From positions 10,693,861 through 10,757,860 of the forward strand of contig NC_068993.1 of NCBI RefSeq assembly GCF_001194135.2: a stretch of 64,000 bases of DNA, in the 5' to 3' direction. Source of the stretch: Octopus bimaculoides. Its lineage: Eukaryota. The notes beneath the pieces are model-generated. The model was not told the DNA's origin, ran no database searches, and was given only the letters and a program-made list of their open reading frames with translations. Of the stretch, positions 11,472 to 23,129 are shown in pieces (positions within the stretch are counted from its first letter, which is position 1; every line of letters starts with the position of its first letter). A program made the position numbers and the translations under genes.

Positions 11472-12730
11472 NNNNNNNNNNNNNNNNNNNNNNNNNNNNN
11501 NNNNNNNNNNNNNNNNNNNNNNNNNNNNNNNNNNNNNNNNNNNNNNNNNNNNNNNNNNNNNNNNNNNNNNNNNNNNNNNNNNNNNNNNNNNNNNNNNNNN
11601 NNNNNNNNNNNNNNNNNNNNNNNNNNNNNNNNNNNNNNNNNNNNNNNNNNNNNNNNNNNNNNNNNNNNNNNNNNNNNNNNNNNNNNNNNNNNNNNNNNNN
11701 NNNNNNNNNNNNNNNNNNNNNNNNNNNNNNNNNNNNNNNNNNNNNNNNNNNNNNNNNNNNNNNNNNNNNNNNNNNNNNNNNNNNNNNNNNNNNNNNNNNN
11801 NNNNNNNNNNNNNNNNNNNNNNNNNNNNNNNNNNNNNNNNNNNNNNNNNNNNNNNNNNNNNNNNNNNNNNNNNNNNNNNNNNNNNNNNNNNNNNNNNNNN
11901 NNNNNNNNNNNNNNNNNNNNNNNNNNNNNNNNNTATATTCATATTCATACACACACAATTCTTATCATCATCATCATCTGTATTTCATACTGGTATGGAT
12001 TGGACACTGACAAATTGCGGCAAGTCAAAGGATTTGATTATGCTCCTGTGTCTGCTTTGGCATGGTTTCTAAGGCTGGATGTCCTTCCTGATACCAACCA
12101 CTCTACAGAATGGTATAGGGTTTAGAAACCACTAAACACACACACACACATGTTTGCATAACACAAACACATGTATACGGTTAAGAGTCCATATTACTCT
12201 GTAAGGAGCATAGAACTAATTTCCCAATTTCTCTGACACACTGGATGAGACACTGGTCTGTTGTAGAATTACTCATTTGTACCAGCTGAGTGGACTGGAG
12301 CAATATGAAATGAAGTACCTTGCTCAAGAACATAACACATCACCCAGTTCAGGAATCGAAACCACAATCTTATGATCATGAGTTCAAACATCCTAACCAC
12401 TAAGCCATACGCCTCCACACACACATGTGTAATATTCACATACACACCCACTAATTCTGGATATGTTTTAACTACAACACCTGTCATTCAACATATTAAA
12501 CCATTTCCTTTACTCCCAGAAGTGACCACCCTTCTGAAATTAAGTTTACAGCTCAGGAAATGTTAAAGAAAATCAAAAGGAAATCAAAAAGAAAAACTAA
12601 TAAAGGAATAAATTGAAAGCAGCGAGATTGAACTCACGACCCTTGACCTTATAATCCAATATGTTATTGGTTGGACATTGCTTTTCTATGGAAATTCAAT
12701 TAATTATGAAAATTAGGTTCATGCTCTTAC

Positions 12731-13888
12731 CTGATTATCTGATGTCTCAGGCCCCGGGGTAATAACGACTTCAGTTTTGGGTATGTCATCACCATGGCCG
12801 TTAACCATCGGAGCGGTTTGGCTGGGAGCCTGTTCCTCGACCTTGTCTGAAAATGTGACCGAGTTTGTAGTGGGTGGAGTTTCTGGTTGCGTATAAACTA
12901 CCTCACCAGTCTGTGACGGTGCAGGTTCTTGCGTTGCAACCACAACAACGGGTGGCTTATGTTCTGGTTCAGCTGGTTGATACGCTGCTGCTGCTGCTGC
13001 TGCAATAGAGACAGTTGCTGCAGCTGCTTCAGACGTTTGCACTTCAGGTGCAACTTCATGTTCTTCAGGTGCACTTTCAGCTGCAGTCGTTTGGTGTGCT
13101 GCTGCACTTGCCTCTACTACGACATTCTCTGTTGCTACTGTAGGGTCCTCTTCCTGTCTAGGGGTCTGCTCTATGGCACATGCAGTTGCTACCACAGGTA
13201 CAGGTGTGGGCTCTGGTGGAGGCAGTTCTTCTACCACAGTTACAGGTTCTGGTGTAGGGGGCTGCTCCACCACAGGTGGAGGTGTAGGTTCAGGTGACTG
13301 ATAAACGACAGGCGTCGTTGCAACCACAGGTGTTGCTTCTACAACAGGTACAGGTGTAGGTTCTGGTGGTGGTGGTGGTGGCAGATCTTCTTCTTCCACC
13401 ACAGGTGGTGCTGCCACCACAGCTACAGGTGTAGGCTGTTGGGGAGGTGGCTGCTCCACCACAGGTGTGGGCTCTGCTGGAGGTGGTTGCTTTATCACAG
13501 GTGCTGCAGAAACTGCAGCTTCTGGTTCTACAACATGTGCTTGCACGACAACAGGGGCTTGCCTAACTACAGGCTGTGGCTGTGGTTGTTCAACCACTGT
13601 TGGTGGCACTTCCTGTACATGTGTCTCTGCAGGTTCTGTTCTTTGCTTTGGAACAGGTTGTGGTGCTTCTGGCGCTTTCGTTCGCTTTGGTTTAACCTTT
13701 CCTGCAAGTGTAGGCCTTGGTGCAGGAGCGGGTTTGGGACCAGGTGCAGGTTTGGGAGCAGGTGCAGTTTTGGGACCAACAGCTGGCTTTGATGGTAGTG
13801 CTGGTTTTGCTCCAGCTGGCTTTGCTGGGGGTGCCGGCTTTGCTACTGGCGCCGGTTTGGCTGTAGGAGCTGGTTTAAATGTTTCCAT
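12731..13888 (-). CDS. First coding exon (386 codons, 3'-incomplete) of an unidentified gene; Pro/Ala/Glu/Val-rich intrinsically disordered N-terminal region
   Basis: Open frame METFKPAPTAKPAP...PGPETSDNQ with non-microsatellite, codon-like sequence. The ATG at 13888 is in AAAATGG context with an in-frame TAG 63 nt upstream, so the track's GTG start at 13933 is unlikely. It ends at a CAG|GTAAG donor (GT at 12730-12729, phase 0); the track's final VRA* is intronic. Confidence 0.85.
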
Positions 13889-13977
13889 TTTATTTTCTTG
13901 TGTGTGTTTGTTTATATATTTTTCCTTTTCCACATATATTCTCAGAATCTAAAGAATCTGTTTGGGTCTGTCCACCT
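13889..13977 (-). other. 5' UTR part of the coding exon, with splice acceptor
   Basis: Minus strand reads ...ttttaatcctttatctttttcag|AGGTGGAC: polypyrimidine tract plus CAG (13980-13978). This implies at least one upstream non-coding exon. Confidence 0.7.
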
Positions 13978-15602
13978 CTGAAAAAGATAAAGGATTAAAA
14001 AATTTAAAATCAGAAAAAAATTTTATTTCAAAATATCAAGAGTAAAACAAATTATCGTCGTCACCATTATAATTAAAGGCAGCTGGCAGAATTGTCAGGG
14101 TTCCGTACAAGAGAATCTGCCTATAAATTTCCAATGAACAGATTTAGTTTGTGTCTGGGGAGAGTCATATTGTCTTAATGCCTTATCTAACACACTCACT
14201 GGTTCGATTTCCACTCATATATTTTCTTTCAAAATTTTTGCTGCTTTTGCAGCCTTGTCAATGGATATTGACAGCCCGTTATTGGAGCTGTGTTCTTTGT
14301 CTGTCCCTGAACATGTGTGCTTGTGTATGCACGTATGTATGTATGTGTGTGTATGTCCATATGTATGTATTCTTCTGCATATTTATGTGTGTGTGTGTGT
14401 GTGTGTTTGTATGTATGTATGTACGCATGTATGTGTGTGTATGCATATATGTATGTGTGTACATATGTATGTATTCTGCATATTTATGTGTGTGTTTGTA
14501 TGTATGTATGCATGCATGCATGCATGTATGTGTGTTTGTATTTGTGTGTGTACTGATATTATCTTTGTGAAGAATTTTATCTTTTAGTAAACTAGTCTGT
14601 TAGAAAATCTCTGAAGTAGAAGCAGTATACAAACCAAAAAGTATTGCTTATAGGCACTTTAATGTGGGTATCCTCTAAAAGACAATGATGCTGCCATTTA
14701 ACCCCAGGAAAACATTTCCTCCAGCTGGTTAATTCAGTGTGCTTCTAACACCCAATATTTATTGCAAGCGGGTGATAACTTCTACCACCCTAGTTTCAAG
14801 ACCACCAGAGCATGTGGTTTCAGTCTGTATTGTATCTCCTCAGTAGTGGGTACTCGTTGCCAGGCATGGTTGCAGTTTAACCTCGTTTGCAACATATAGA
14901 AAACACAGTGTGATACAATCACTGATTTCATAACTACGAAGTTGGTCCAAATGACAGAGAAACTATAATGACATCAGAGTTTAAGTTCAAATAATTTGAG
15001 CACTACTAAGTGTTTTCTATACCGAGAATCTCTGGATCTTATCTGTTGACTATATATATATATATATATATATNNNNNNNNNNNNNNNNNNNNNNNNNNN
15101 NNNNNNNNNNNNNNNNNNNNNNNNNNNNNNNNNNNNNNNNNNNNNNNNNNNNNNNNNNNNNNNNNNNNNNNNNNNNNNNNNNNNNNNNNNNNNNNNNNNN
15201 NNNNNNNNNNNNNNNNNNNNNNNNNNNNNNNNNNNNNNNNNNNNNNNNNNNNNNNNNNNNNNNNNNNNNNNNNNNNNNNNNNNNNNNNNNNNNNNNNNNN
15301 NNNNNNNNNNNNNNNNNNNNNNNNNNNNNNNNNNNNNNNNNNNNNNNNNNNNNNNNNNNNNNNNNNNNNNNNNNNNNNNNNNNNNNNNNNNNNNNNNNNN
15401 NNNNNNNNNNNNNNNNNNNNNNNNNNNNNNNNNNNNTAAATATCGCCATCCGTTTAGAGAAAAATTTGTAGTTTAGAATCAGTAGTTCTTTGACTGCTAT
15501 TTCTAAATTTTCAGTATGTTGGAGAAGCAACTCAATGCTAATCCCTGTATATTTATGATTATATATATATATATATATATATAAAACTGAACACTAAGCT
15601 GG

Positions 15603-15651
15603 CCTAACTGATGAGGCAATGGAAATTGCCAAAACTGTTGTCAGTCTTAAG
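15603..15651 (+). ncRNA. Type I hammerhead ribozyme with a single core mutation (G12A)
   Basis: cctaa-CTGATGA-ggcaat-ggaa-attgcc-AAAA-ctg-ttgt-cag-TC-ttaag. Perfect 6-bp stem II and 3-bp stem III; GAAA reads AAAA, consistent with CpG>CpA decay. Confidence 0.7.
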
Positions 15652-15863
15652 AATTCTTGGTCGACATTTCCCAGACAATTATGGTCTTTGTTAATATACG
15701 TTTTCATTCATGTGTGGTAACTACAACATTAAAGCATTTTAGCTCTGATTTCTAGCAAGGTAAGTGTTTTTTAATACCCTAGTTACATTTAGTGACAATT
15801 ATAATTGTCCTTTATTGGTGAAACATTGCAACCTGCTATCAATATTAATTTTGTATGTGTATG

Positions 15864-15897
<34 letters not shown>

Positions 15898-16371
15898 AAA
15901 TATGGATTCAAAGAATCATGTGGCTACCACAGTAAGCTGCCTTCATTGTTTTAGGAGCCTGGTGTAGTCCCAAGCAAGCACAGAGACCTTCTTTTTCTCT
16001 ACAGAGAGAAAGAGTTGCATCGGCAGTTGTTAATACTCATTTTCAGTTACATAGACGAAACATGAAATGAAAAGGCTTGCTCAAGGACACATGCCACCTG
16101 GTCCAAGAATTCAAACCATGACACGATGACTGTGAGTCAAACACTGTAACCACTAGGCCACAGGGGAGACACGGATGTTCATACCCTCTGAGAAATCCCC
16201 ACAGTAGGGCTGCTGATATAAACAATTACAGCGTGTATATAAACATAGTTTTGCTCTACATGTATTTCTGATAAAAATTATCCATACACTTGTCAATGTA
16301 TATAAATACTCCTCTGGATATAGATAAGCTGGCATAGCGTGTTTGTACATGACTTCACATTTCTGTTTGCA

Positions 16372-16592
16372 TACAAGGGGGTACTGAAATGCTCCTGGCT
16401 TTAAGGGTATTACGAAAGGACTAGTTGAAGGTCCAACCTTCTAAGTTCTTTTACTAGGCTTAGAAAAACTGAAGGACTGCCGCAATAAGCGTGTGATTCT
16501 GAGAGGGGAATATGTTGAATAAAATCATAATTAACTTCTCCTCCTGTATTTTCTTTTACCCAAAACCAAGAACTTTTCAGTGCCTCCTTGTA
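16372..16592. mobile_element. Tc1/mariner-type MITE (217 bp)
   Basis: TA at both ends. TIRs caagggggtactgaaatgctcctggcttt versus reverse complement caaggaggcactgaaaagttcttggtttt (23 of 29 identical). Confidence 0.7.
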
Positions 16593-16893
16593 TGCATATA
16601 TTTATTAATAGTCAACATATTATATATATATATATATATATTAAATAATGAGNNNNNNNNNNAATTGATATTAATCAATTAAAACAAGTGGCTTAGCATA
16701 TTTTTAAAAAAAGCCAAAGATTAAAAATTATATTACATATAAAATTAAAAGGAATGACCACCAAGGTGGACTCCTAATATGCTAAAGATAAATGTCAAAT
16801 CATTCAGACAGATATATGCACATACATACAAATATAAACATACGCCTACAAATGGATACTTGTAACCCTTGTGTACATGTGTATATTCAAAAG

Positions 16894-16968
<75 letters not shown>

Positions 16969-17251
16969 AGAGAGANNNNNNNNNNNNNNNNNNNNNNNNN
17001 NNNNNNNNNNNNNNNNNNNNNNNNNNNNNNNNNNNNNNNNNNNNNNNNNNNNNNNNNNNNNNNNNNNNNNNNNNNNNNNNNNNNNNNNNNNNNNNNNNNN
17101 NNNNNNNNNNNNNNNNNNNNNNNNNNNNNNNNNNNNNNNNNNNNNNNNNNNNNNNNNNNNNNNNNNNNNNNNNNNNNNNNNNNNNNNNNNNNNNNNNNNN
17201 NNNNNNNNNNNNNNNNNNNNNNNNNNNNNNNNNNNNNNNNNNNNNNNNNNN

Positions 17252-17295
<44 letters not shown>

Positions 17296-17547
17296 CCTGC
17301 ACACCTTACAAACATATTTTCTTTGTGTTTCTTCATCTTCACATCTACTTCTTTCTGCCTACAGACTCACAATTTACCACACCTAATTGACATATACATT
17401 ACTCCACCCACCAAAAGAATACTCTGTCAAAAACTATATATTTTGCTAACCAAACAAAAACTACACTTTCTTGATGAAAGCTAGCAAGCCAAAACTTTGC
17501 AGCCATTGTCAACTTTTTCCTTATAAAAATGTTATATAAATATACAC

Positions 17548-17843
17548 GGCACAGGTGTGGTAGTGTGGTAAAAAGTCTGCTTCCCAATCACATGGTTCCA
17601 GGTCCAGTCCCACTGTGTGGCACCTTGGCCAAATGTCTTCTACTATAGCCTTGGGCTGACGATAGCCTTGTGAGAGGATATGGTAGACAGAAACTGAAAG
17701 AAGCCCATCATATGTGTATGTGTGTGCACGTGTGTCTTTGTAGCTGTGTTTGTCCATGACCACTGCTTGACAAACAGTTTTGGTGTGTTTATGTCCCCAA
17801 TAACTTGGCTATTCGGCAAATGAAACTGATAGAAACTAGGCTT
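17548..17843 (+). mobile_element. SINE family A copy, 3'-truncated
   Basis: Aligns by eye to 8826-9140. Confidence 0.8.
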
Positions 17844-19882
17844 TGATGGAAGATTTTAATTTAGATCTCTTCATAATAGGGGCTTATATCATAGACCTAG
17901 GGGCAGTCTCAGGCAAGTTGGTACCAAAAGGGTTAACTGAATCACTGGTATGATATCACTAATCCCCTTCAAATTCAAGGTATTTGGCAAACCAATACAG
18001 GAGTTATAAGTGAGATTAAAAACCGAGGCTTGTTAAGATTAACGTGAAAAGAAGCAATCGCTAGCATTTCAGGAAAAGCCCTTTATCTTAAAATAGAGGG
18101 CTTCCTTGCTGGAATAAAGGGCTTTCTCTCTGGAATGTTTGCTATATCTTCTGGTAAAGGTAAATTAAAATACATTAATTTTGATTTTTGTTGTATTGAC
18201 TTGTGACTAGTACCACCAGACCACCGCTAACACCATCACCACAAACACCATCACTGCTACTACCATTGCCCCTGCTACCATTTACCACCACCAGTTACTC
18301 CACTGTCACCAGATGTACCACTACCACCACCACTAACTCTGCTGTTACAGCCATTAACACTACCATTAAGAATACAACCACCACCACCACAACCATCAAT
18401 TCTCATACCATCACCGCCATTAACACCACCACTGTTACTGCCATTATCACCCCTACTACTACCACCATCACAATCACCACTACCATTACTACTGCCACCA
18501 CCACCACCATTAAAACCACCACCTCTGCCATTCTCTGAATTTGTTGCAATGATATTCAATTATTGACCAAATGCAGAATTTGCGCTTCATGAAGCATTAC
18601 TGCTATTGCAGTTGTTGTTCAGCCCCTGGCTGGTCTTTATTGAGTAACCCTATGATCAAAGACAATCCGGGCATCCCCATCTCATCGAATTCCTATATAG
18701 AAAGGACCCAGAAGTACATTATCCAGTATGCCCTATTTTAAGATATGGTGTAGGTTGGCAAAAATTTAACTGCTATTTTCAACCTGCCAAGCAATAATGT
18801 AAAAGTTCCTTTATGATTCTCAGAAATGAAACGGTTGATAAAATAGCTGCAGGGTGTATAATGTGCATATATATATATATATATATATANNNNNNNNNNT
18901 ATATATATATATATATATATATATTGAATTAGTCAAGCTAGCAATGTAAAATATTGAGATGCTGGGTTTTTAGATTTTCATGAAATGCTATAATTTTATT
19001 ACAAGTTCAATACAATCAAAGGATCAAATATTATAGATAAATGATCTGATCAGCTTCAGTGCTCAAAGCCAAGGACTGTGAAATCCAATTTACAAATCAA
19101 AATGATATGAGGGAATATTCCTTCTAAAGATTTATCTGTATTTGTGTGTGTGTGTGTGTATGTATGCATGTTTATATGTGCGTGTTTGTATACACATGTA
19201 TGTGAATTTTGTTGTTGGCTGTCGATGATATTTATAGCCCTAGGTCAATTATGAATGAACAAACCTATGACCAAGAAGAAGCGTTCCAATGGGAACCATT
19301 CAGTTATCATTACCCGTTCCAGGATGATGCATTTACCTAATTCAACCATTTTACTTTTCTTTTTAAGACAGTACTATCTGATATAAAGGAGTTTCAGCTG
19401 TTATTTCTAGGAAGTTAACTAACCACGTAGAGGCTTCATTATTAGATGTGGATATTTTATGTAACCAGTGTTCAAAGGAAAGTAAATTGTGCAGAAAAAC
19501 ATTGTATAGATTTGATCCAAAAAGATATTTAGTTTTGTAGGTTTATGATAAATGAGCTGAATCCAGCACAATATTAATTTCATTCTATTTATCTAAATTA
19601 AAAAGAATTAATGGTTGAAATTAATCATCCTGAACATGACCAGATATTACACTTTCCTCACACGAATTTGTTACGTATGTATTTTTGCTAAAACACAGTA
19701 TTTTTTTTATTTTGCAACATAACGGTACAGGCGTGGCTGTGTGGTAAGAAGTTTACTTCTCAACCAAATGGTCCTGGGTTCAGTTTCACTGCATGGCACC
19801 TTGGACAAGTGTTTTTCTACTATATAACCATGAGCCAACCAAAGCCATGGGTCCAGAGTTAGAAGTTGGCAGAAACATTAAT

Positions 19883-20300
19883 AAGGGGGCAAGCTGGCAG
19901 AAATGTTAGCACGCCGGGCGAAATCCTTAGCAGTATTTCGTCTGCCGCTACGTTCTGAGTTCAAATTCTTTGCCTTTCATCCTTTTGAGGTCAATTAAGT
20001 AAGTACCAGTTACACACTGGGGTTGATTTAATCGACTTAATCCCTTTGTCTGTCCTTGTTTGTCCCCTCTGTGTGTAGCCCCTTGTGGGCAGTAAAGAAA
20101 TAAGAATCATTAGTTTGCCAGGTGAAATGCTTAACGGTATTTCGTCTGCCACTATGTTCTGAGTTCAAATTCTGCTGAGGTTGACTTTGCCTTTCATCCT
20201 TTTGGGGTCGATAAATTAAGTACCAGTTGTGTATTGGGGTTGATCTAATTGACTGGTCCCCTCCCCCAAAATTTCGGGCCTTGTGCCTAGAATAAAGAGG
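19883..20300 (+). mobile_element. Two tandem SINE family B copies
   Basis: Near-identical to 46555-46795, followed by a second partial copy. Confidence 0.8.
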
Positions 20301-21282
20301 ATTTGCAAAGGGTAGAAGGCAACGAAGCAGACATGAATAATATATAATTTCTTGTTTTCTAATTCCATTCACAAGATAATGGTCAACCCAAAGCTGTGTA
20401 TTAAAGACTCTTGCTAAAGTTACCACACAACGGAGCCAAACCCCAAATCACGTGGCTGCAACGCTGGCTTCTTAATCACAACGGAACACTAATTGGATGG
20501 GAGACAATCTGAACGTGAAAGGAACCATATGTAATGTGCAGGGGAGATGACTGTGCTAATATACAATATAATAATGAGTGGATGTTTGTTGTATAAAGAA
20601 GTGGTGGGTGCATAGAGTGGCTTGGACCTTATGTAAGAGAGAGACCCAGGAAGATGTGCAAAGAAATGGTGAAAATTGATCACAGGATTTTGAGCCTATG
20701 GAAGGCAACGACAAAAGATTCCAATGATTGATGATAACCGGTGATTGAGAAGATCTGCCTACTTGTGTGAATATCTTTTTCTCTTTCACTTCTTTTGGTC
20801 GTTGGATTTCAGATGAGCTGGGACACCACCTTGAAGGGCTTTTAGGGAAATAAATCAGCCAAAGTTCTTTGTTTCTTTCTTTCTAAGGACTGGTACTTAT
20901 TATATGAATCTCTATTGCCAAGACCACAAGATTATAGGGATGTAAACAACCCAACACCATTTCTCAAGTAGTAGTAGTAGTAGTAGTAGTATAAACACAA
21001 ACGCACGTGTGTGTGTGTATGTATATATGCACGCACAAAACAGGCTTCCACACAATTTCCATCTATCAAATTCACTCAAGGCTTTGGTCAGCTTGGGAAT
21101 ATTATAAAAGACACTTGCCCAAAGTGGAACTGAACCTGAAACCATGTGGCTGCAAAGCAAGGTTCTTAACCACACAGCAAAAGGGGCTAAGAGAATAAGT
21201 GCTAGGCTTACAAAGAATATGTCCTGGGGTCGATTTGTTCGACTAAAGGTAGTGCTCCAGCATGGCTGCAGTCAAATGGCTG

Positions 21283-21336
<54 letters not shown>

Positions 21337-21520
21337 NNNNNNNNNNNNNNNNNNNNNNNNNNNNNNNNNNNNNNNNNNNNNNNNNNNNNNNNNNNNNNNN
21401 NNNNNNNNNNNNNNNNNNNNNNNNNNNNNNNNNNNNNNNNNNNNNNNNNNNNNNNNNNNNNNNNNNNNNNNNNNNNNNNNNNACACACACACACAGTTAT
21501 AAATAAGAATGCATATTTTT

Positions 21521-21908
21521 TTACTTGTATCAGTCACCTGACTGCGGCCATGCTGGAGCACCGCCTTAAAGAGTCTTTTTAGTTGAAGTCAACAGCAGGA
21601 CTTATTCTTTCTAAGCCTAGTACTTATTCTATCAGTCTCTTTTGCCAAATTGCTAAGTTACGAGGGACATAAACACACCAACATCGGTTGTCAAGCGATG
21701 GCGGGGGGAGGACAAGCACAGACACACACATAAATAGATATATACAAACATGATGGGCTTCTTTCAGTTTCCGTCTACAAATCCACCCTTAAAGCCTTGG
21801 TTGGCCCGAGGCTAAAATAGAAGACACTTGGCCAAGGTGACATGCAATAGGGCTGAACCCGGAACCATGTGGTTGGGAAGCAAGCTTCTTACCACACAGC
21901 CACATGTT
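21521..21908 (-). mobile_element. SINE family A copy
   Basis: Reverse complement of the 8826-9248 pattern. Confidence 0.8.
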
Positions 21909-22117
21909 CCCATTTACTCATGAATACACACAATCTCATAACATCCATGCTCAAACACATGTAGTCAGTAAATATGAATGCATTCGTGCGCGCGCGCACA
22001 CAATCACAAATACGCGTACATACTCTGCTTATATTTATACATATAACTCACAATTTTGTGACATACACACACACACAAAGACAACCAAACATACAAACTC
22101 ATAACATATACAATAGA

Positions 22118-22184
<67 letters not shown>

Positions 22185-23129
22185 NNNNNNNNNNNNNNNN
22201 NNNNNNNNNNNNNNNNNNNNNNNNNNNNNNNNNNNNNNNNNNNNNNNNNNNNNNNNNNNNNNNNNNNNNNNNNNNNNNNNNNNNNNNNNNNNNNNNNNNN
22301 NNNNNNNNNNNNNNNNNNNNNNNNNNNNNNNNNNNNNNNNNNNNNNNNNNNNNNNNNNNNNNNNNNNNNNNNNNNNNNNNNNNNNNNNNNNNNNNNNNNN
22401 NNNNNNNNNNNNNNNNNNNNNNNNNNNNNNNNNNNNNNNNNNNNNNNNNNNNNNNNNNNNNNNNNNNNNNNNNNNNNNNNNNNNNNNNNNNNNNNNNNNN
22501 NNNNNNNNNNNNNNNNNNNNNNNNNNNNNNNNNNNNNNNNNNNNNNNNNNNNNNNNNNNNNNNNNNNNNNNNNNNNNNNNNNNNNNNNNNNNNNNNNNNN
22601 NNNNNNNNNNNNNNNNNNNNNNNNNNNNNNNNNNNNNNNNNNNNNNNNNNNNNNNNNNNNNNNNNNNNNNNNNNNNNNNNNNNNNNNNNNNNNNNNNNNN
22701 NNNNNNNNNNNNNNNNNNNNNNNNNNNNNNNNNNNNNNNNNNNNNNNNNNNNNNNNNNNNNNNNNNNNNNNNNNNNNNNNNNNNNNNNNNNNNNNNNNNN
22801 NNNNNNNNNNNNNNNNNNNNNNNNNNNNNNNNNNNNNNNNNNNNNNACCACCACCATCATCATCATCGTTCATTCTTCAGCTATATCTATCTTTAAATAT
22901 TTGAAGAATTTCTCTTCTGCTTCTCTAAAAAAAAATCACAACATTGAAGTTACCAATTTCCTTGTTTCTTATCTATTATTCATTCCTTGTTTTTTTCTTT
23001 CTTCAAAATACCCCTACACCCTATTATAAAAATTTCCTCACCCCCTACATCTCTCTCACCTTTTCCCCTGCCTTGTTTCACCAAATACATATAGTTGTTA
23101 CATACCGAGAACATATGTGGTTTTAGTAA

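Noticed and set aside
12605-12680. tRNA-like sequence on the minus strand just past the exon donor, and tRNA-like heads elsewhere
   Set aside because: Only B-box/T-arm similarity and no full cloverleaf; these are SINE heads, not tRNA genes.
13889-13933. GTG-initiated extension MEKEKYINKHTQENK
   Set aside because: Non-AUG start just after an in-frame TAG; the AAAATGG at 13888 is the better initiator.
12898-13952. ORFs overlapping the real exon (13467-13952 +, 12929-13297 +, 13439-13792 +, short minus frames)
   Set aside because: Shadow frames of the CCA/GCA-rich coding strand, with no independent splice or start signals.
17468-17512. TTGATGA-aagct-agca-agcc-AAAAC as another hammerhead
   Set aside because: Needs several corrections, and stems I and III do not pair.
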